Positions 11,160-21,285 of a DNA stretch of 64,000 nt are shown one piece after another. Location: positions 393,913 through 457,912 of the forward strand of contig CAVQUO010000022.1 of NCBI GenBank assembly GCA_963716765.1, read 5' to 3'. The notes under the pieces were generated by a model that did no database searches, was not told where the DNA came from, and worked only from the letters and a program-made list of their open reading frames with translations. This stretch comes from an uncultured Bacteroidota bacterium. Its GTDB lineage: Bacteria > Bacteroidota > Bacteroidia > Bacteroidales > GCA-2748055. The position numbers and the translations under genes are program-made. The number at the start of each line of letters is the position of its first letter. The first letter of the stretch is position 1.

Positions 11160-12172
11160 GGCGTGGCCTTAAACACTCCTTTTATTTTTGTATGGCATTG
11201 ACTGCAGGTTCCTTGGGGGGTGAGCCCAACAATCTTTGTCTGGTATATTTCCCTTTCAATCAACAGGGAATGGCATCCGGGACAGTAAGTATTGTTGTCC
11301 AGCTGAGGGTTATTACCAGGATACACATAGTGGAGTCATTCCCTGGCAGCATCGATGAAGGTCTCCATGGTTCTGGTGGGAGTGGGGGGGCTTTTGAGAT
11401 TATGTCTTGGAAAATATTTGCTCACGTGTAAAATGGTCTCAGAGCCACAATTATCCTCGATCCATCTGATCATATCTCTCCATTCGCGGGGAGAATCATT
11501 ATATCCGGGAATAATCAGGAAGGTCAGCTCCAGATGTGCCCCGGAGGATGCCACGGTGATGATGGTCTCCAGAATCGGACGGAGTGTAGCTGATGAGCGC
11601 TGCTTGTAGAAATCGTTACGAAATGATTTCAGATCAATGTTAAATGCATCCATGTACTTCAAAAGTCCCTGAAGGGGATCCTGATTGATGAAGCCGTTAG
11701 TTACCATAACATTCGTCAATCCTTGATGGTGCAGTGCCTGGGCACACTCCATCATATATTCATAGTAAACAGTGGGCTCATTATAGGTGTAGGCGAGACC
11801 AATGTTGTCCCGGTGAAGCATTGCCTTCTGAACCATATCAGCTGGTTCCCTGAAGGGGTATTGTGAGAAAACTTCCGGATCAGGCTGGGAGATTTTACAA
11901 TTCTGGCAAAAATCGCAGGTGAGATTGCAGCCAAGTCCTCCTATGGAAAGGATTGAACTGCCGGGCATAAAATGGTAGAGGGGTTTCTTCTCCACAGGAT
12001 CGGTGGAGATGGCCGATATTAATCCATACGTCAGGGAATATAAGCTACCACCCTTATTGGTCCTGGTAAGGCACCTGCCAAGCTCACCAGGCAGCAGGTT
12101 ACAGTTGTGTGGACAAAGGGTGCACTGAACCTGTCGGCTCACTGTGTTTTTATAGTAGCTTGCAAGGTGCAT
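11156..12172 (-). CDS. AmmeMemoRadiSam system radical SAM enzyme; one frame change near 11340
   Basis: CNLTCDFCQN (CxxxCxxC, 11906-11929). N-terminal CTLCPHNC...C cluster. Repaired C-terminus ...YCPGCHSLL...CSQCHTKIKGVFKATP, whose TGA overlaps the Memo ATG (ATGA). Confidence 0.9.
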
Positions 12173-12258
12173 GATCTAAAGTTACAACGAAAAATCGGAG
12201 AATTCTATCCAAACAATTGCTTAAGAAATTGGTTAATACTAAAGGAACAATTGATAAG

Positions 12259-12886
12259 ATGGACATGATGAGACGGAATTCTCTTGCTATATTTACACTG
12301 TTATTACTTACAATAAACACAATGAGTCAAGCCAAACATAAAGGCGAGATGGAACAGGCCACTTTCGGAGCTGGATGCTTCTGGTGTGTAGAGGCTATCT
12401 TCGAAAGGGTTAACGGAGTTTCAACGGTAGAATCGGGCTATGCTGGCGGCCATGTTAAAAATCCTGACTACAAGTCGGTTTGTGAAGGAATTACAGGCCA
12501 TGCAGAGGTTATTCATCTGGAATATGATCCGGAAAAAATCACCTATGCCAGATTATTGGAGGTATTTTTTAAAACCCATGATCCTACCACTTTGAACAGA
12601 CAGGGGGCCGATGTGGGTACTCAGTATCGCTCGGTCATTCTCTACCACAATGAGGAACAGCTGGAATCTTGCTCAAAAAGTAATTAAAGAACTGGATAAA
12701 GCCGGAATTTGGAACGATCCAATTGTGACCACGCTGGAACCCTTCACTGAATTCTATGTTGCCGAACAGTATCACCAGGAGTATTTTGAAAACAATCCCA
12801 ATCAGGGTTACTGCCGATTGGTGATCCAGCCCAAGGTTGAAAAATTCGAGAAGCTTTTCAATGATCTGCTGAAGCAGGAAGATTAA
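12259..12886 (+). CDS. msrA: peptide-methionine (S)-S-oxide reductase MsrA with signal peptide; one frame change near 12665
   Basis: [32 protein letters not shown] and [18 protein letters not shown]; continues in ORF 12611..12886. Confidence 0.9.
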
Positions 12887-14909
12887 TCGTGAAGGTCGAA
12901 CCGTTGCCGGGTTGACTCTCAACTGAGATGCTTCCCTTGTTTTTTTCCAGGAACTCATTACAGATAATCAGACCAAGACCCGATCCCGATTCTCCAGTGG
13001 TACCCAGGGAGGAGATTCCCTCATTGGGGTCAAATAGTTTCTCCTGAATTTCTGGCTGGATACCAATCCCTTCATCGCTTACTGAGATAGAGCAGCCTTC
13101 AGGTGTTACTTTAGAGCTGATCCAGATCCTGCCCCCCGGAAAACTAAACTTAATTGCATTAATGATCAGGTTTCGTAATACTGTATGAATCATTGCTTTG
13201 TCAGCAAATACAATACACTGTCGTTCAACTTTCACCTGACATGTGACCTTTTTATGATCCAGATTTGCCTTTAATTGCCTCACACATTCGTCCAGCACAT
13301 CTTTCATCTTGAGCTCCTCAGGTTCATATTTAATGGCCTTCATTTGAGACCTGGCCCACATTAGAAGGTTTTCCAGGAGATTCTGGATCCGCTGGGTGCC
13401 CTGCACAATCTGAAGCAAATACTCTTTCTGTGTATCGGTTGAGAATTCACCAAAATTTTCATAGAGTAATTCGGAGAAACCCGTGACAGCAGCCACTGGA
13501 TTTCTCAGATCGTGGGCCACAACTGAAAATATGCGGTCCTTTGATCTGTTAAGACTCTCCAGTTCTTCGCCCGATTGACTAAGCTTTTCCATGGCACTTG
13601 ATAACTGAATATTACGTTCAGCAAGGATCTGGTTTGTTTTCTTTTTGGACCTAAGATTCACTGTAATAATAATGACCAGAGCGACAATTACAATGATGAA
13701 GACAATAAAAACCTTATTGAGCGTTTTCTGAACCTGCGACTGGGAATGAAGCTGTTCAATCTCCTGATCCTTTATCTGCTGCTCATAAAGCCCCCTGATG
13801 CGGGCAATCTGTTGGGACTGCTTTTCATTAAACAAATCCTTGTAAACCGTATCATATCGTAAGCCGCCAGTTGTAGGCCGATGCATAACTACCCAGACCT
13901 GCATGAAGCCCGGACAGTTCATCATATACCTCCAGTTCCAGGTGTTTGTAATTCATGTTTTTCGCTATTTTTAATGAGCGGTGCAGGTAGTAAAGTGCAG
14001 AATCCTGTTTATTCATCTTTCCATAAATGGATCCAAGATTTGTATAGACCGACCCTATGGTATAAAGATCTTCCGATCTTTTGCGCAAGATCCAAGCCCT
14101 TTAGAAGAATCTCAAGGCCCTTTTATATTCTTTCATGTCTGAATAGACCAGGGCCATATTATTGTAAAGACCCGATAAGAATGTACTGATCTGTTTCCGA
14201 CTGAGAAGGGTTAGGTTTCAGAAGTTCAATCCCTTCCATGAAAATAGACCAGGGCTGAATCATATGCCTTCCTGTCATAAAGAATCAACCCAATGTTATT
14301 AAGTGACCTGCATTCATCCGAGATGGTGCCTACGTCCTTGTAAATTTCATAGGCATTGAAGTAATGTTTTTCGGCTTCATCCAGTTTACCCATCTCGTGA
14401 GAGACCGTTACCCAGGTTATTCTCCATCTTCGCAATACCCAGCTGGTCACCATTCTGTTCATAGGCATTCAGGCTTTGCATATAGAAGAAGTAGGCTTCA
14501 CTGAAATCTCCAAGTTCATAATAGGTATTTCCCAAGTCTCAATGCACAATATCCAACCTCCTGATGATCTCCAGTTTGATAAACTCATCATAGGCTTTTC
14601 TATAATAGAAGAGGCTTCTGTCAGTGATCCTGATCTTTTCATAGATATTTCCCTTTGCTTGAAAAGGGGAGGAAGCAAACTATCGGGATCGCTTTTCGCA
14701 AGTATCAGTTCAGCCTGATTTGCAAAATAGAGTGCACTGTCGGGAAGTGTGTCCAACAATTGCTCGGACAAGTTCATAATAGGTATTGGCCAGTTCACTT
14801 CCGTTGGCTTCCATGCTGAGGGCAATCAGGCTGTCACTCTTCGATTCCTGGGCACAGGATAGTACCATAAGAAAAGCAGAACAGATATATGCAGAAGGAT
14901 TTTCTTCAT
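12858..14909 (-). CDS. TPR-repeat sensor histidine kinase; several frame changes in the TPR half
   Basis: ORF 12858..13925 holds a TM segment, HisKA (FSVVAHDLRNPV) and HATPase_c (DEGIGI...GSGLGL). Upstream fragments (13852..14088, 14226..14468, 14469..14825, 14710..14949) are TPR-like. Signal/lipobox MKKILLHISVLLFLMVLSC starts at 14909. Confidence 0.8.
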
Positions 14910-15046
14910 AGCAAGAGAAATAGGCTATTTCCAGTGGAGCTGTAGACAAATATACTTATTTTGGGATGAAATAGGTCCATAAGGGGATCGATCAAATGCA
15001 GACAGGGCTTAGCAAAGATCTACTTTTGCCTGAAAAGTATATTTAT

Positions 15047-15707
15047 ATGGAAATAACTAAGAAATTTTCAAAGGGGGAAGAGCTGGCCAATGCCTATTCG
15101 CATCTTTCTGGTGCACTTCTGGCCATGCTTGGACTGGTTTTGATGATCAGTACAATCCATGGATCATGGAAATGCCTGGCATATGGTCAGCACCTCGTTT
15201 TCGGAGCAACCATGATCATCCTCTATCTTTCATCCACCCTGACCCATATTTTGCCCATGGGCAAGGCCAAGGATCTGTTTCTTTAATTTTGACAGGATTG
15301 CCATCTACTTCTGATTGCCGGAACCTATACACCCATTGCTCTTGTTGCCATTGGAGGGTCCCTTGGATGGGTGATATTTGGAATGGAATGGGGCATGGCC
15401 CTGACTGGAACTCTTATGATCCTTATTCAAACCAGGTGATTACAACACAGGAGTCAATACTTTTTATGTGATATCCTATGCGCTGATGGGATGGCTGATC
15501 CTGATTGCCATTGTTCCGGTAATCGAGAGCATACCCACTAATGGGCTGGCTTATGGATCCTTATTGGCGGAATCTGCTATACCCTTGGCATCCTGTTCTT
15601 CAAAGTATTCAGATTTCCCTATCACCATCTGGTCTGGCATCTACTGGTGATAGCAGGACAGTCTCAGCCATTTTTTTGCAGTCTTTTTTTATATAATTCC
15701 CAGGTAA
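15047..15707 (+). CDS. hemolysin III / PAQR family membrane protein; about 4 frame changes
   Basis: EELANAYSHLSGALLA..., ...FDRIAIYLLIAGTYTP..., ...HLVWHLLVIAGS..HFFAV; seven hydrophobic segments spread over frames. Confidence 0.75.
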
Positions 15708-15755
15708 ATGTGAAAATGTTATTGAACTATTTGTGTTTTTGGTATTAAAATGTAT

Positions 15756-15763
15756 TACTTTTG
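15756..15763 (+). promoter_or_regulatory. candidate Bacteroidota sigma-A -7 box (TAnnTTTG) for csp
   Basis: tacttttg lies 28 nt upstream of the csp ATG; TTTG at 15730-15733 is a possible -33 element. Confidence 0.4.
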
Positions 15764-15790
15764 CACTGTTATTAATTATCAATTTATACA

Positions 15791-15982
15791 ATGAAAGAAG
15801 GTAAAGTAAAATTCTTTAATGAATCCAAAGGATACGGATTTATTAAGGACGTCGAATCTGACGAAGAGTATTTTGTCCATGTATCTGGCCTGATCGATAA
15901 GATCAAGGAAGATGACGATGTAACTTTTGAACTTACAGAAGGACGAAAAGGATTAAATGCAGTGAATGTCAAACTTATATAG
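15791..15982 (+). CDS. cold-shock domain protein; intact
   Basis: MKEGKVKFFNESKGYGFIKD...YFVHVSGL carries the RNP1/RNP2 motifs. Confidence 0.9.
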   Translation: MKEGKVKFFNESKGYGFIKDVESDEEYFVHVSGLIDKIKEDDDVTFELTEGRKGLNAVNVKLI

Positions 15983-16011
15983 TTGACCAGGTCATTTCGT
16001 ATTAATCTAAA

Positions 16012-16038
16012 CCCTTCGCCTTAGCGAGGGGTTTTTTT
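16012..16038 (+). terminator. intrinsic terminator after csp
   Basis: cccttcgc / gcgagggg stem, 4-nt loop, T7 tract. Confidence 0.7.
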
Positions 16039-16065
16039 GTGGTTTCCATTTTTCCAGTTAATTTT

Positions 16066-16917
16066 ATGCAAAACTCATAATCAACATGAAATAAACCGCC
16101 GAAAATTCCTGGCCAGTTCAGCCGCTAGCGCCATGGGTGCATCCCTGGGACTACAAGCCAGAGCACCAGCAATACAGTGACACTCTGCCAGGTATAATTG
16201 CAGAACTACCCTCCCTTGAAAGGAAGAAAAATACTATACACCTACGGGGGATGGGATGGACATGAACCCGCCCAATCCGTGGAACTTTTTAAACCCTGGC
16301 TGGAAAGTGAAGGAGCCACTGTGGATGTATTTAATCAGCTGGATCCCTATGCCGATGCGGCATATATGAGCAGGGATTGATCTGGTGATTCAGATTTTTA
16401 CCATGGCGAAATTTCCAAGGAGCAGGAAAAGGGACTGCTGGAAGCAGTAAAAGTGGTGTGGGCATTGGCCGGCTGGCACGGCGGACTGTGTGATTCTTTC
16501 AGGCAGAATGTGGACTACCAGTTTATGACCGGTGGACAATGGGTTGCTCATCCGGGAGGAGTGATCGACTACAGTGTTCAGGTAACTGACCATGAGGATC
16601 CGGTAACCAGCGGACTTGAATGATTTTAACATGCACAGCGAACAGTATTATCTGCATGTGGATCCCAATATGAAGGTTCTGGCCACCACCACATTCAGTG
16701 CTGATCATGCTCCATTGGATCGATGGCTGTACCATGCCTGTGGTCTGGAAAAAAATGTATGGCAAAGGGAGGGTCTTTTACTCTTCACTGGGACATGTAA
16801 TGAAGGATTTTGAGGTTCCTGAAGCACTGGAAATTATGCAAACGGGGAATCAGATGGGCCTCAGCCAGCAAGTATGAAGCTGCTGAAGCCATGGAAAAAT
16901 CCGGTATATTAAGCTAG
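16066..16917 (+). CDS. ThuA-domain protein with twin-arginine signal; about 5 frame changes
   Basis: [20 protein letters not shown] (Tat-like), [46 protein letters not shown]. Confidence 0.7.
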
Positions 16918-16997
16918 CAAATAAATTAGAGAATTAAGCTGGATCATTAGAAAATAATCTCTATTTTTCGGCAATTGAAACAGAAACAGTATCAGAA

Positions 16998-17126
16998 ATG
17001 ATAAATCGTAAGTCCATGACGCAATGCTTGGCGATGGCTTTGGTGGTACCACCATGGAAGTGCTTCGTGGATGATGAACAGACTGTAAAGAATTCATCAA
17101 ATAAATATAAACACGGGGCATGTTAA
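16998..17126 (+). promoter_or_regulatory. candidate 42-codon leader ORF ahead of TrpB2 (speculative)
   Basis: MINRKSMTQCLAMALVVPPWKCFVDDEQTVKNSSNKYKHGAC. Its stop codon lies in the loop of the 17112-17149 terminator hairpin. Confidence 0.2.
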
Positions 17127-17149
17127 GATTAACAGCCCCGTTTTTTTTT
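17112..17149 (+). terminator. intrinsic terminator/attenuator 33 nt upstream of the TrpB2 start
   Basis: cacggggc ... gccccg stem followed by a T9 tract. Confidence 0.65.
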
Positions 17150-17181
17150 GACATTATTAACACCCAAAAAATCAGAGAGCT

Positions 17182-18569
17182 ATGAGCAAAATGAGAAACA
17201 TTTATCTTGATCACAGTGAAATGCCAAAACAATGGTATAACATTGCGGCAGATCTTCCCGGAACCATCAATCCACCCCTGGGACCTGACGGAAACCCATC
17301 GGACCGGAGATGCTGGCCCCGGTTTTTCCCATGAACCTGATTGAACAGGAGGTAAGCAGCGCAGCGATGGATTGACATTCCTGAAAAAGTGATGGAAATG
17401 CTTTCCATTTGGCGACCTGCACCCCTGGTAAGGGCCTATGCCCTGGAAGAGGCTCTGGGAACACCAGCCCGGATTTATTATAAAAATGAAAGTGTTTCTC
17501 CGGCCGGAAGTCACAAACCCAATACAGCTGTTGCCCAGGCCTATTATAACAAGGAGTTTGGGATTAAGAAACTGACCACTGAAACCGGTGCCGGACAGTG
17601 GGGAAGTGCCCTTTCTTTTGCCTGTTCCCTCCTTGGAATGGAGTGCAAGGTATTTATGGTTCGGGTTAGTTTTGACCAGAAACCCTTCCGGAAAATGATG
17701 ATGCAAGCCTGGGGTGGAACTTGCATCGCAAGTCCCAGTCAATGGAAACACAGGCAGGCCGGAATGTGCTGGCTGAATATCCCGATACTCCGGGAAGCCT
17801 GGGGATCGCCATCAGTGAAGCTATTGAGGCTGCAGTTACCGATCCTACAGGTCAGACCCGCTATTCTCTGGGAAGCGTTCTGAACCATGTGATGCTTCAC
17901 CAGACCATTATCGGACTTGAAGCCAAAAAGCAACTGGAAAAGGTCAATGAAAAGCTTCCCGATGTGGTCATCGGATGTGCCGGAGGAGGCAGTAACTTTG
18001 CAGGATTAAGTTTCCCCTTTATGCAGGATAAAATCAATGGTGCAGAGATTGAGATCATTCCTGTGGAACCTGCCAGTTGTCCGACGCTGACCAAGGCTCC
18101 CTTTGCCTATGATCATGGTGATCTGGCAAAAATGACCCCCCTGCTGGCCATGAATTCACTGGGACACGGATTTATTCCTCCTCCAATCCATGCAGGCGGA
18201 TTACGTTACCATGGAATGTCACCCCTGGTGAGTCATGCTGTCAAGGAGGGACTGGCCAGGCCGGAGGCCATCCACCAACTGGAGTGTTATGAAGCAGGCG
18301 TTTTATTTGCACGCACCGAAGGGATTATTCCTGCACCGGAAACCACCCATGCCATTGCTTCAACCATCCGTGAAGCCAAAAAGGCAAAAGAGGAAGGAAA
18401 AGAGAAAGTGATTCTCTTTAACTTCAGCGGACACGGACTGATGGACCTGGTTGGATACGACAAGTACTTCAATGGAGAACTGAGCGATCATGAACTTTCA
18501 CAGGAGGATTTTGAGAAATTCACAGCGGTATTGAACAATCATCCTTCACCGGTTATTGTAGTACGTTGA
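17182..18569 (+). CDS. TrpB2-type tryptophan synthase beta-like PLP enzyme; about 3 frame changes
   Basis: [49 protein letters not shown] (PLP lysine block), [21 protein letters not shown]. Confidence 0.85.
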
Positions 18570-18585
18570 TTTTTATTCAACCTGA

Positions 18586-18620
18586 CTGGCCCGGCATCTC
18601 TATGCCGGGCCAGTTTTTTT
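18586..18620 (+). terminator. intrinsic terminator after TrpB2
   Basis: 12-bp stem ctggcccggcat / atgccgggccag, loop ctct, T7 tract. Confidence 0.75.
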
Positions 18621-18650
18621 CAGGCAAACTTTTCTTTCTATCTTGAGCAA

Positions 18651-19225
18651 ATGAAAAGAATTGCAGTTTACTGTGGTTCCAGTTCAGGAGCTCAATGGAA
18701 TTTACAGAGAACAGGCGGCAAATCTCGGGAGATTGCTGGCAGAGCGTCAAATAGAAGTAGATATTTGGTGGAGGTAAGGTTGGTCTGATGGGATATCTGG
18801 CCGATGCAGCACTTGAAGGCCGGTGGCAAGGTTACAGGTATCATTCCAGGCTTCCTGCAGGTGAAGGAGGTGGCCCAGATGGTCTTATCAGAAATGATTA
18901 CAGTGGACAACATGCATGAGCGCAAAGCCCTGATCTACGAGATGAGTGATGGATTTATTGCCCTTCCCGGGGGATTCGGAACCCTGGATGAGCTTTTTGA
19001 AATGCTCACCTGGGGACAGCTGGGACTTCACCATAAACCTGTGGGAATTCTCAATGTGAATGGATATTACGACTCCATTCTTAAAGGCAATCGACCCTAT
19101 GGTTGGAGAGGGCTTCTTAAAGAGCTGAAAACCGGGATATGATCCAGGTAAGCGGAAAGGCAGAAGACCTTCTTCAAAGGATGGAAAGCTATCATGCCCC
19201 ACCGGTTCCCAAATGGATTAAATAG
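18651..19225 (+). CDS. LOG family (TIGR00730-type) nucleotide phosphoribohydrolase; about 4 frame changes
   Basis: [13 protein letters not shown]..., [46 protein letters not shown]. Confidence 0.8.
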
Positions 19226-19241
19226 TTGATAATTCTCCTGC

Positions 19242-19634
19242 TTAAAGAAGCGTGGCATTAAGCTTGATATCTGCAGCTGCCACAAGCCTGGAGATGGGGC
19301 AACCCTCTTTGGCTGCTGCAGCCAGTTCTTTAAATTTCTCCTGACTGAGACCTTCACATTTAACCTGGCAATCCAGTTCAATGGTGGTGATAACAGGTCC
19401 CTTGTCATCTTTTCCCAGGTGAACCTTGGCTGTGGTTTCCACACTCTCCGGGACCAGTTTTTCTCCACTGATCAGGGCTGCAAGGAACATGGAGTAGCAA
19501 CCCGAATGGGCTGCACCAATCAATTCTTCAGGATTGGTTCCTTTTCCTTCTTCAAAACGGGATGCAAAGGTAAAAGGTCCACTGTAGTTGCTGAAATTCA
19601 TGGTTCCCTTTCCATGGCCAGGGTTCCGTTCCAT
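19242..19634 (-). CDS. OsmC-family peroxiredoxin; intact
   Basis: GTNPEELIGAAHSGCYSM...AKEGCPISRL contains the two conserved Cys blocks. Confidence 0.9.
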   Translation of the reverse strand: MERNPGHGKGTMNFSNYSGPFTFASRFEEGKGTNPEELIGAAHSGCYSMFLAALISGEKLVPESVETTAKVHLGKDDKGPVITTIELDCQVKCEGLSQEKFKELAAAAKEGCPISRLVAAADIKLNATLL

Positions 19635-19692
19635 TGTGATTTTGCTGTTCTGACTGACATTTTTATGGTTTTAGATATAAAAAAATTCTGTT

Positions 19693-20235
19693 TCATACAG
19701 ATAACCTGCATGAAACAGAATTGTTCAGGAATGATTGAATCCTGATTGGATCAGAGAGACTAATTCCGGCCCCGTGCCTCTTTCTGGCTGTCTTGCTCTG
19801 GCTGCCGTCGGGATTACCCTGCTGCCTCTGCTGCTGCATTTCGTTTCTGCGCTGCTCCTGGATTTCAATGAATTTTTTATACTGTTCAGGAGTCAGCACT
19901 TCCTTGTATTGCTGCATTGCGGTCATCACGCATTTTCGTCATTTTCTCCCGCATGGCATCGCGATTCTCCTCGGTCCGCTCCATATTCATCATTTTCTGG
20001 CGCTCAATCTGCATCTTGTTGTAAAAATCCATATCAATCGCCAGGATCTTTTTATGCTGTTCATCATTCAGCCCCAGGGTTTCGGCTGTATTCTCCACAT
20101 TTTCCTTGATATCCTCTTCGGTCATCTGGGATCCACGTCCTGGCCCCCCTGGTCCCTGGGCTGAAATATTCATTGAAAAAAGGATGCAACAGGATGCAGA
20201 GTCCTGCAATTTTGAAATTTTACATTGTGTTTCAT
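19693..20235 (-). CDS. DUF4890/Spy-CpxP-like periplasmic helical protein; 2-3 frame changes; 3' end uncertain (possibly 19760)
   Basis: Signal-like N-terminus, then LNDEQHKKILAIDMDFYNKM...LTPEQYKKFIEIQEQRRNEMQQQR. Confidence 0.55.
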
Positions 20236-20389
20236 TTTTTTATGTTTTATAAGTTTATCTAATCTATGATGCTGATATCTGTTAAAAGGTTTAAATTTAG
20301 ATCATAAATAATATTCTGTAACAGGTTAAACCAATAGGCGTCCAATCAGTCAAAGACAGCAGAATAATGATTCAATAACAGCTGACTCC

Positions 20390-21285
20390 TTGCAAATTGA
20401 GATTAAAAACCTGACCAAAACCTATCCGGGAGGATTTAAGGCACTGGACAATATCAACCTGACCATCACCAATGGGATGTTTGGTCTCCTGGGGCCCAAT
20501 GGAGCAGGGAAATCCACCCTGATGCGGATCCTGGTCACCCTGATGAAACCCAGCCAGGGACAGGTTCTGGTGGATGGAAAGGATATTAGCAAGCACCGCA
20601 AGGAGATCCGGAAAATGGTGGGCTACCTTCCACAGGATTTCAGGTTTTTCGCCAAACTTAAATCCTGGGAATTTCTGGATTATGCTGCCCGGCTGGCCGG
20701 AATGAACTCCAGAAAGGAACGCCTGGAGCGTGTGGATGAAATGCTGGAGAGTGTGGGGCTTTTTGAATTCAGAAACCGGATGGCCAACAAGCTTTCCGGT
20801 GGAATGAAGCGAAGACTGGGAATTGCACAGGCACTGATCGCCCACCCATCCATCATTATTGTGGATGAACCCACCACCGGACTGGATCCCGAAGAGCGGA
20901 TCCGGTTCAGGAACCTTTTGTCTGACCTGGGACGATCCGAAACCATCATCATTCTTTCCACCCACATCGTGGGGGATATCTCCAGTACCTGCAACCAGAT
21001 GGCCCTGCTGAACGAAGGTTCGCTCATCTACCAGGGTACACCCGATCACCTGGTGGAGCAGGCCAGAGGGCTTTGTCTGGAGAGCCGAAATCAGCCCAGG
21101 AGCAATATGAAATCCTGAAAAACGAGGTACCCATCATCTCCACCATCCCTTCGGGCGGAGGATGGGAAATGCAATTTGTGGGTGAAAAACCAGATGGGAT
21201 TGAGGCATCCCCGGTGGATCCCAATCTGGAACATGCCTATGTCCACTATATGGACAATAAACTTGAACACTGGAACCTGAAATGA
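20390..21285 (+). CDS. ABC transporter ATP-binding protein (ABC-2/DrrA-like), paralog 1; one frame change near 21070; TTG start in track
   Basis: Walker [10 protein letters not shown], signature LSGGMKRRL, Walker B IIIVDEPTTGLD, H-loop STHIV. Confidence 0.9.

Noticed and set aside
16909-17751. 280-aa minus-strand ORF overlapping the ThuA-TrpB2 spacer and the TrpB2 5' half
   Set aside because: It is antisense to a strongly conserved TrpB2 reading frame. Its Pro/Gly/Ser-rich composition has no recognisable motifs. This is a typical shadow ORF.
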